DNA of 64,000 bases from Armatimonadota bacterium (GTDB lineage: Bacteria; Armatimonadota; SYMT01), in the NCBI GenBank assembly GCA_046292385.1, contig JBKBRF010000001.1, positions 191,305-255,304 on the forward strand. The letters are read 5' to 3'. Below the pieces are notes generated by a model. The model saw only the letters and a program-made list of their open reading frames with translations, ran no database searches and was not told the origin of the DNA. Below are positions 49,551 through 58,000 of the stretch, in pieces. Positions within the stretch are counted from its first letter, which is position 1; each line of letters begins with the position of its first letter. A program made the position numbers and the translations under genes.

Positions 49551-51416
49551 TTGATGCGCGACAGAGAGCATACACTGGCACGACGGCGGCCGCGCGGCGC
49601 TGCTCGGCGGGGCTTCACGATCATCGAGATGATCGTGGTCATTGCCATCACCGCACTCCTGATGACGATCCTGTTCGTTCCGCTCTCCCGCACGCTCGAC
49701 CTGGTCTCGCGCGGCAACGCCCGCGTGACGAGTCAGGACAGCGTGCGGGCGGCGATGCGGACGGTGCGCCGGGACCTCTCCAACGCGATGCAGGTCTTCC
49801 CGCCGCGCCCCATTCACATCTGGGGCTACCGGGACTGGACCTACGACAACCGGAAAGACCGTCCGGAGCCGCTGCCCAACAGCCCTTCGGAGCGGTACCT
49901 GGTGGAGAACGGGGTCTTCGCCTTCCGTTTGCCGAAGCACCAGTACCACTGCCCGCGCTTCGATCACACCATCCTCCCCACGGAGGCGGATCCGAACCTG
50001 GCGCTCGACACCTGCCCGCGCCACCTCGGCTCTCCCATCGAGATGCGCCCGCTCTCGCCGCTGGAGCCGGACGATAAGATCGTCGCCTACTTCCTGGCGC
50101 TGAAAGATCCGACCGTGACAGACGGGCAGGGCCTCCCGCAGTACCGGAATATCGCGCTCTTCAGCAACGTCGCCACCAACACGCTGAACACCTACACGCT
50201 CTACCGGCTGGAGTTCGACCCCCGGCTGCCGCAGTTCGCCCGCTGGACCATCGACGCAGACGGAGATGGTCAGGTCGACGATCCGAATCCGAACTTCTTC
50301 TACGAGACCCAGAACGTGACGGGTCTGGTCGGGGGCCAGCAGGTGACCCTGCCGGCGTATCAGTGGTGGCGGGACGCGTCTCGCGTGGTAGTGAACCAGC
50401 AGCAGTCCGACATGGTGAAGTGGCTGGCGAGCGGAGCGAAGTGGCTGCCGCACCCGATTACCACCATGGGCCCGGCACCGGTCTCCGATGCCGACCTGCT
50501 GCCGAACCGGAACGTCGGCCTCTTCAACCAGGACGGCTCCACGCTGCCGGCGTCGATCCCCTCCGCGGAATACCTGGCCGAGTTCGGGCACTGGCTGGGG
50601 CTGGAGAATGACGGCCAGGGACTGATCCCGGCCACCTGGGTGATCAAGCCGGACGGTCAGACCGGGACCTATCTCCGCGGGCCTCGCATCCAGATCTTCG
50701 ACTTCAGCCTGGCTCCGGCGCAGCAGCTAGTCTTCGACTCTGCCGATGCCACGCGCCGCAACCGGCTGGTCTCCTATGACTCGATGACCGGGCGCGTCAC
50801 CTTCGCGATGCGGCGGTTCAACTACGGCACCAACGATCCGGTGCTGATGGAGCACTATTCGGCTCCGGCGCCGAGTGCCGCCAATCTCTACACGGTCGAC
50901 CTCACGCTGGACCAGGTCAGCGACCCGAACAACATGCCGAGCAGTTTCGGCGCCGCGAAGGTGTGGGAGGGGAACAATGCGCTGCGCCAGGGAACATCGC
51001 TGATCGTCCCCGGGTCAGAAGAGGTGCAGCTCACCTTCCAGCCGGCGAGCGGCCCGCGCGAGGTGGAGATACTGCGACGGGTGGGGTGGACCGGCCTCGG
51101 CAACGGGGTAGACCGGTACGTGGCGCAGGCAGACCTGGCGCCGGACGAGTACACCATCGACTACCGCACCGGCATCATCGGACTCGCCGACCGCGATCCC
51201 AACCGCTGGAGCGGGGTGGCCCCGGGCGGCCAGCGCCAGCTCCTGGTGAAGCACCGCTTCCAGACCAACCGGCCGGGCGACGTGGTGAAGGCGAGCTTCG
51301 TCACCCAGGAAGCGGCCCTGGCGAACCTGGGTCTGGTGGAGTTCACCCGCGCCAAGGGTGAGAAGCTGCCGTTCGAAGTCTCCGAGCGGATCGTTATCCG
51401 GAACCTCAAGCGATGA
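49551..51416 (+). CDS. Giant minor pilin-like protein (~620 aa, PilW/GspJ position)
   Basis: RRG|FTIIEMIVVIAITALLM; helix ...RRDLSNA. Confidence 0.85.
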   Translation: MMRDREHTLARRRPRGAARRGFTIIEMIVVIAITALLMTILFVPLSRTLDLVSRGNARVTSQDSVRAAMRTVRRDLSNAMQVFPPRPIHIWGYRDWTYDNRKDRPEPLPNSPSERYLVENGVFAFRLPKHQYHCPRFDHTILPTEADPNLALDTCPRHLGSPIEMRPLSPLEPDDKIVAYFLALKDPTVTDGQGLPQYRNIALFSNVATNTLNTYTLYRLEFDPRLPQFARWTIDADGDGQVDDPNPNFFYETQNVTGLVGGQQVTLPAYQWWRDASRVVVNQQQSDMVKWLASGAKWLPHPITTMGPAPVSDADLLPNRNVGLFNQDGSTLPASIPSAEYLAEFGHWLGLENDGQGLIPATWVIKPDGQTGTYLRGPRIQIFDFSLAPAQQLVFDSADATRRNRLVSYDSMTGRVTFAMRRFNYGTNDPVLMEHYSAPAPSAANLYTVDLTLDQVSDPNNMPSSFGAAKVWEGNNALRQGTSLIVPGSEEVQLTFQPASGPREVEILRRVGWTGLGNGVDRYVAQADLAPDEYTIDYRTGIIGLADRDPNRWSGVAPGGQRQLLVKHRFQTNRPGDVVKASFVTQEAALANLGLVEFTRAKGEKLPFEVSERIVIRNLKR

Positions 51417-54400
51417 TGAGCGCCATGCGAACTAGAGCCAGGACCGGGTGGGCGAGGGGCCGGCGCGGGCAGACGATCGTCGTGGCGATCGCCATCCTGT
51501 TTCTCCTCATCCTCGTCGGCTCGATCTTCATCACGACGGTGGTGCAGAACCTCCGCCGGGTTACTGCCCAGGGGGAGCGGAACGACGCGCTCACGCTGGC
51601 GCTCGCCGGCCTGCGCTACGCGGGACAGCAGTTTGCCGCCAGCCCCGCGGGGGCCGACTGGCGACCGACGCCGACCGAGGCACTGTGGCGCACCCCGGTG
51701 CCGCCGGCGACGATCTTTCGTGACCAGCTTCCCCCCAATACGCCGGGGGACCTGAACGGCGACCAGGTGCTCGACGCCAACGAGATCCGCCTGCTCGACC
51801 CGGACTACAAGTGGCTGAGCGACGACGGCACCTACCGCCGTCCCTTCGTTCGCGTTCCGACGGGCCGCGGCCGGTTCCTGGTGCGCGTGACTTACATTCC
51901 GCGCTACGAGGCGTCCGGTCCGAACGCCGTCGAGTTCGCGCAGAACTCCGGCCTGATCCACGTGGAAGCGGTGGGCCGCCCCGGCGAGCTCGATCCGAAC
52001 GACCCGACCTTCTACACCTCCGACCCGACCGGCAACACGCAGGGTGGAGAAGTGGTGGGGCCGTATCGCAAGGTCGACGCCTACGTGCCGATGGGCCTGG
52101 TGGACCAGCTCTGGTGGGTGACCAACCGCACCAGGGAGCGGGGCCCGGCGACCCTGGGCGTGCCCGGCTTCCGGGACGGCCTGGCGCGTGGGGTCGAGTT
52201 CCCGGCGGTGTGGGAGGGCGGCATCCGCAGCGATACCGATCTCCAGCTCCAGGGCCAGAACAACGTGCGGCTCTACCCGTCCCGCGGGGAGGGGGTCTTC
52301 GTGAAGGGCGAGCTCCGGCTTAGCCCCCGCGGCAATACCGCGCAGCCGCGCCCGCAGCTCGAGCTGCAGGTGCTGGAGGACAGCGGAGAGACAGCTGGGA
52401 CCGCCCCGGATGGAAATCCGATTATTCCGTCGGAGAACTTCGACGATAATCCGGGTAACGACTCGCTCATCATCCGGGTCGATGCGGACCCGCTGATCGC
52501 GAACAATGGTCTCGCCTCGGTCCTGCTCTACACCCCGGGCGGGAGCCAGCGGCGCGTGCTGCTGGACGAGCGGCACCTGCGGAGCGATCCGGAGCTGGCC
52601 GCGCGCAGCACCCGCATGCAGCCGCCGCCGGACCTGACCGCGGGCGACCCGACCACCGGGATGAACCGCTGGCTGCTCCTCACCCGGGAGACCGGCGGCA
52701 TGCTGAGCATTCCGCAGCAGGGCGAAGCGACGCGCCTGGTGCGGGCCGGCTGGTATGGCCTGGTCGATCAGAACCTGTCGCCGACGATCCGCGCCCAGGG
52801 GCTCTACCTCGATAACCACGGCGACATCCAGTATCCCGGCGACCGCTCCGCAGTGAAGGACGAGTGGCTGCGGCGCGGCAACTCCGACACCCGGAACCGC
52901 GGCTGGCTGGGCGACTACTACGTGCCGAGCGTGGAAGAGGGCGGCACCCTCCACCCGATCGCGGAGGTGGCGCTGGTCGACGTGCATTCGAACCCGAACG
53001 ACCCGAGCTCGCCGCGCGTGCCGAAGATCCGGATCACACGCTACGACCTGGATCAGCGGCACATGAACCTCCAGGGGGCCGTGGGCCGGCAGCGGTTGTT
53101 CTACCGCCACGACGGCACCCAGCTCGTTCCCGTCGGCTACACCCGCGAGTTCGACTATCCCTCCAACGGCGTCTTCTTCGCCGAGGGGAGCATCCGCCTC
53201 CGCGGGCGGGTGGGAACCGAGACCGACCCGAGGCAGCTCACCATCGTCTCCGGCGGCACCATCTATGTCGAAGGCAACATCGTCAAGCCGCACCGCGCCT
53301 CCTTCGTGGGGCTGCTGGCGCGCGACTACGTGACGCTCAACCCGACCGCCTTCACGCGGGTCCAGCCGGGCAGCGACATCCTGGTCGAGGCGGACACCTT
53401 CGACACGGACGGCCGCCCGGTGGGCTACCACTTCACGGTGCAGCAGGGGAGCGACCTCGACTTCTCCTTCCAGTCCGCCGAGCCGCTCGGCAGCGGCATG
53501 ATCCACGTGAAGCACTCCGCCGCTTACGAGGCGGACGGCTCCCAGACCGCCGTCACGCTCAACCTGCCGCGGCTGGCGCCGAACGCCGACCAGAATGGCT
53601 GGCCCGCGTGGAACACCGATCGGTACGACTTCGGCGCAAACCGTCCGCCGGGCGATCCGCCGGCGGGGCTGACGCCGTACACCGGCGTATCGCAGCTCTT
53701 CTACCTGTTCCGGAAGTTCTCGCCGGGTGAATTCCGCGACCAATCCGCGGAGGACCCCCAGAGCTACGCCGAGTCTAACTTCCAGACGCCGCTCGGCACG
53801 CAGACGCCGCGCTTCGAGCGCAAGACGTTCTTCCTGCCGCAGCTTGGCTCCGGCGGCGCCGTGCGGCCTGGAATGGACGCGACCTACCGGCTGGTGGTCG
53901 GCTCCCAGGACGACGGCTCCGGCAACCCGGTGACGCAGCCGAACGGGCAGCCCTACTGGCTTTCCCGGATCGCGGTGCTGCCGCAGGACCGGCCGCTGCC
54001 GATCAAGATCGAGGCGGTGATGTACGCGCAGAACGGCTCCTGGTTCGTGATCCCGCCGCCGTACTTCAACGACAACCCGACGGACACGCGGGCGGAGTTC
54101 GCTTCTACGGGTCGCCGCCCGATCGGCACCTTCCCGCGGAACACGGACCATTACCCGTTCTACAACGAGCCGCTGAACATCGAGGTGCAGATCAACGGGT
54201 CGATGACGGAGAACATGCCGGCCGCGCCGAGCGAGCAGGCCGCGTGGGTGAACCGGACCTGGATCCACGATCCGGGCTACGACCCGGGCGTCTTCCCGCT
54301 CCAGGGCCGCCCGCCGTTCTCCCCGCGGCTGCGCTACCGCTACGACTCCGATCTGAAGCGGATGGTCCGGGCCCGCATCCCGCGGCTCGGCCAGGAGTTC

Positions 54401-54586
54401 ATCGTGTGGACGGCGCCCACCGCGCCGCCGGTGAACGGAATGATGACGGTGGATCAGGTCATCGCCTTCGCCCGCGGCAACGATCCGAACACGAACCAGC
54501 CGATCAACAGCTACGTGGAGTTCCTGCCGGTGCTGCCGCGGATGCCCGCCGGCACGCTGGTCTACGAGGGCAATCCGCAGCAGTAA
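51413..54586 (+). CDS. Giant PilX/GspK-like minor pilin (1057 aa)
   Basis: RRG|QTIVVAIAILFLLILVG lacks Glu5; A..LA.AGL.YA motif; FFAEGSIRLRG...LTIVSGGTIYVEGNI. Confidence 0.8.
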   Translation: MMSAMRTRARTGWARGRRGQTIVVAIAILFLLILVGSIFITTVVQNLRRVTAQGERNDALTLALAGLRYAGQQFAASPAGADWRPTPTEALWRTPVPPATIFRDQLPPNTPGDLNGDQVLDANEIRLLDPDYKWLSDDGTYRRPFVRVPTGRGRFLVRVTYIPRYEASGPNAVEFAQNSGLIHVEAVGRPGELDPNDPTFYTSDPTGNTQGGEVVGPYRKVDAYVPMGLVDQLWWVTNRTRERGPATLGVPGFRDGLARGVEFPAVWEGGIRSDTDLQLQGQNNVRLYPSRGEGVFVKGELRLSPRGNTAQPRPQLELQVLEDSGETAGTAPDGNPIIPSENFDDNPGNDSLIIRVDADPLIANNGLASVLLYTPGGSQRRVLLDERHLRSDPELAARSTRMQPPPDLTAGDPTTGMNRWLLLTRETGGMLSIPQQGEATRLVRAGWYGLVDQNLSPTIRAQGLYLDNHGDIQYPGDRSAVKDEWLRRGNSDTRNRGWLGDYYVPSVEEGGTLHPIAEVALVDVHSNPNDPSSPRVPKIRITRYDLDQRHMNLQGAVGRQRLFYRHDGTQLVPVGYTREFDYPSNGVFFAEGSIRLRGRVGTETDPRQLTIVSGGTIYVEGNIVKPHRASFVGLLARDYVTLNPTAFTRVQPGSDILVEADTFDTDGRPVGYHFTVQQGSDLDFSFQSAEPLGSGMIHVKHSAAYEADGSQTAVTLNLPRLAPNADQNGWPAWNTDRYDFGANRPPGDPPAGLTPYTGVSQLFYLFRKFSPGEFRDQSAEDPQSYAESNFQTPLGTQTPRFERKTFFLPQLGSGGAVRPGMDATYRLVVGSQDDGSGNPVTQPNGQPYWLSRIAVLPQDRPLPIKIEAVMYAQNGSWFVIPPPYFNDNPTDTRAEFASTGRRPIGTFPRNTDHYPFYNEPLNIEVQINGSMTENMPAAPSEQAAWVNRTWIHDPGYDPGVFPLQGRPPFSPRLRYRYDSDLKRMVRARIPRLGQEFIVWTAPTAPPVNGMMTVDQVIAFARGNDPNTNQPINSYVEFLPVLPRMPAGTLVYEGNPQQ

Positions 54587-55052
54587 AGGCAGAAGTAAGA
54601 AGGCAGAAGGCAGAAGGACCGTGACGGAGACTGCTACGTGATCCCAGGTGGCAGTGGTGAGCGCGATCTCCACGGACGTACAAAGCGGTATGCGCTGGAG
54701 ATTATCCGGCTTTGCGGGCGCTTGCCCAGGACCAGCGTTGCGCAGGTCCTGGGCAAGCAGCTACTTCGTTCGGGAACGAATCCCGGGGCGCAGTATCGGG
54801 AAGCGCAGCGGTCCCGGACTCCGGCGGAGTTCGTGAGCAAGCTGGGAGTGGCTCTTCAGGAATTGGAAGAGACCGGGTATTGGTTGGAGTTGTTGACGGA
54901 GAGCGGCGTAGTCCCGCCCGCCGAAACCGAGCGGCTTGTCACGGAGACACGTGAGCTGACCGCCATTTTCGTCACGATAGTCCGCAGAGCGAAGGCCCGC
55001 GACTGAGCTGGTTCGGATCTTTTGCCTTCTGCCTTTTGACTTTTGCCTTTTG
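54583..55052. mobile_element. Four-helix-bundle cassette bounded by inverted heptamer arrays (mobility inferred only)
   Basis: Left GTAAAGG CAGAAGT AAGAAGG CAGAAGG CAGAAGG (54583-54617); right TCTTTTG CCTTCTG CCTTTTG ACTTTTG CCTTTTG (55018-55052); codon style differs from the flanking genes. Confidence 0.6.
54638..55006 (+). CDS. Four helix bundle protein (23S rRNA IVS protein/Avd-like family)
   Basis: LP...LGKQLLRSGT..GAQYREA.R.R..AEFVSKL..ALQELEET.YWLELL; start uncertain. Confidence 0.88.
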   Translation: MIPGGSGERDLHGRTKRYALEIIRLCGRLPRTSVAQVLGKQLLRSGTNPGAQYREAQRSRTPAEFVSKLGVALQELEETGYWLELLTESGVVPPAETERLVTETRELTAIFVTIVRRAKARD

Positions 55053-55065
55053 GACGAGGTGTACG

Positions 55066-58000
55066 ATGCTCAGACGAGCCGGATTCATCCTGATCACAGT
55101 CGCTCTCATGGCAGCAGGGTCGCTGCCGATGGCGTGGGCCGCGCGGTTCACGCAGGGGCGCACGCGTCAGTTGAAGGTCTGCGTGCTCACCATCCCCACC
55201 CCGAGTGAGCCCGGGAGTCCGATGGCGCAGCCGGATCCGGACGCGGTGAGCCAGACCCGGAGCCCCAACCCGTATCCGTACGTCTTCTACGTGCTGCAGA
55301 ACCGGGGCGACCTGAAGCCGGACGGCTGGAGCTTCGTCAACCCGGCGGCGCCCGCCACGGTGTCGCTGGAGCAGGCGGTCCGCTGGGGCGTGGCACAGGG
55401 CACCGCCCTGAAGCCGGACATGGCGGCCTACTGGGAGACGCCGCTCAACGAGCGGAACATCAACGTGCTGCGGCAGATGGACGTGGTCTACCTGCCGATC
55501 GCTCGCAACCCGGTGCTCTTCACGGAAGACCAGCGCCGAATGCTCACCACGATGGCGGACAGCGGCGTGACGATCTGGGTCGACTGGGCGCTGCCGGCCG
55601 CGACCGCCAACGACGCGATGGGCGGTCCGAACCCGCTGACCCGGGATCCGTTCTTCACGAACGTCGACTTCGGCACGGTAGGGGGGACCGCCGCGGTGCC
55701 GCCGGTGCGCCACCCGCTGCTGGAGGCGCAGTACGTGCTGCAGGACCAGGAAGTGCTGCAGGTCGGCTCGCTCTACGGCACCGCGACGGCCCCGGGTGCC
55801 AGCCGCGCCGTGCAGACCCGCGGCGACGCGCAGCCGACCGCCAACTTCACCACCGTGATTCCCAACTCCGTGGCTCCCACCCACCTGGGCGGCTACGTGG
55901 TGGCCGCGCGGATGGGCGCCGGCTACGTGATCGGGACCGCGGGGAACGTCGGCGGCGCGCTGGCGGGGCAGATCCTGACCCCGGCGAACGCGGCAACCGT
56001 GCGGAACCAGCCGGTCGACCTGAACCGCGCGCAGGACGAGGACCTCAAGTTCGCCTACAACATCTTCGCCTGGCGCACCGAGGCGGCGACCGTCTCCAAG
56101 GACGCGCGCCATACCGGTGAGACCAACGTCCACGTTCAAGGGCTCATCGAGCAGGGCAACTTCCCGCACCTGCTCTACCCCGGCTCCGCCGGCCAGCCGT
56201 GGATCAACTACGCCACCTACGCCGCCGCCAACCCGGCCCAGCTCCTGCCGAACCCGAGCAGCCCGCTGATCATGAACGGGGTGGTGGTGGCGGCGACCCG
56301 CTACCGCGACGCCGGCAACAACCCGGTCAGCGAGCTGAACGCGTTCCAGACCGATCCGAAGGACGACTTCGACTCCAACGGCTACCTGGACGACCCGATT
56401 CCGAGCGACGCCACGCCGCCGAACGAGCTGAAGGACTTCTCCCTCGGGCAGCCGTACGACCGGATTCTGCGGCTCCCGCTCGGACCGAATACCGTGGTGA
56501 CTGGGCTTACCTCCGGCGAGATCCCGGACATCACCGGCGCGGGCGGCGCGCAGTCGTACGTCTTCGCCACCGCCAACACCGGGCTGCTTTCCTTCTCCGC
56601 CCCGCGTCCCGGCGTGCCGATGCCCACCAACACCCAGCTCGCGCCGGCCGTGCCGATGAGCTACACCGGACCGGCGGCGTTCGCGAACATCCCGGGCCCG
56701 ATCATCAACAACCAGCCGTGGGTGAGCAGCCAGCTCTACGCGGGTGGGGTGGTCAACAGCGGGTCGCCGTTCGGCGGGAGCTCCAACGGTAAGGTGATCG
56801 CGTGGAACGTGGCGTTCGACGGGAGCCTGAACAACGGCGCCCTGCCGACGCCGAGTGCCGGGCCGGCCTGGTACTATCCGGCCAACCAGGAGGCAAACCG
56901 GATGGGCCCGGTGGCCGGGCCGGTTACCGTGGCGCAGGTGCAGGATGCCGCCACCGGCGCGATCGACACGCTCGTCTTCACGACCTCCGTCTCCTCCGGC
57001 GACTCCGCCGGCGACGTCCAGGGCAACCAGGGCGGCGATACCACCGGCAAGGTGCAGGGCTTCATCGTGGCGACGCGGGGCGACGTCCTCGCCTTCCCGC
57101 AGGGCGCCAACGCGCCCGGCGGCGGCAACCCCACGGCGGGCCGGCGCTTCGTGAGCAGCCGCTGGCAGAACCTGGCGCCGGGCTCCGGCGCGCCGCCTTC
57201 CGCCCAGGAGCTGCGGATCGATCCGCTCAAGCACGTGGAGGTGCGCGTGATCAGCCGCGCGACCGGCTACGTGGAAGGACGCTACTTCGCGCCGCAGCCG
57301 GGGCAGACGTTCAACGCCACGCAGCACATCCGGCTGCTGCCGGACGGCGTGGGCGGCCAGTTCGAGCTGCCGGAGCCGCCTCCCGCGTTCGTCTCGCCGA
57401 CGATCCCGGGCCAGTGGGACCTGAATCGCTTCATCCTGGTGGCGGACTACTCCCCGCTGCCGGTGCCGGTCGATAACAACGCCGGCCTCTCCATGCGGCC
57501 GCGGTTCAACCCGAGCACTCCGTACGAGCGGAACGCGAACGGCTCCGTGCAGAGCCAGATCCAGCCGACCGGCGTGGCCGGCGGCGTAGCGGTGGGCAAG
57601 GACAACCTGATCTACTACGGCACCGGCATCGGCTTCATGTGCGCCGCCGAGATGCGTAAGGGCCAGGCCGCCTTCCGCTGGAAGATGCGCGCGCAGGAGT
57701 ACCTGGACGGCTCCGGCCGCAGCAGCAACGTCGACCCGACGAGCGGGGCGTATCTGAACGACTACGCCTTCACCGCGGCGCCCGCGGCCGGCAGCCACAT
57801 CGTCTTCGCGGCGAGGGGCCGGGGCGGCCCGGGTCGCGTCTACGTCTTCGACCCGAACGCCACGATCCGCTTCAAGCTGCCGATCCCGCAGGGCTCCCTG
57901 AACCCCACCCTGGCGCGGGAAGTCTCAATCCAGGCGGACCACGGCGTCGGCGTCAACCCGAACGACCCGTATCTCTTCGCGGAGCAGCAGCCCTGGGGGC

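Noticed and set aside
54638..55006. Diversity-generating retroelement suggested by the Avd-like gene
   Set aside because: No reverse transcriptase in the window and no template/variable repeat pair noticed by eye
51161..57798. Very long minus-strand ORFs (1170 aa, 980 aa) and similar antisense ORFs throughout
   Set aside because: They shadow well-supported plus-strand genes; Arg/Gly/Ala-rich with no motifs, as expected in high-GC DNA
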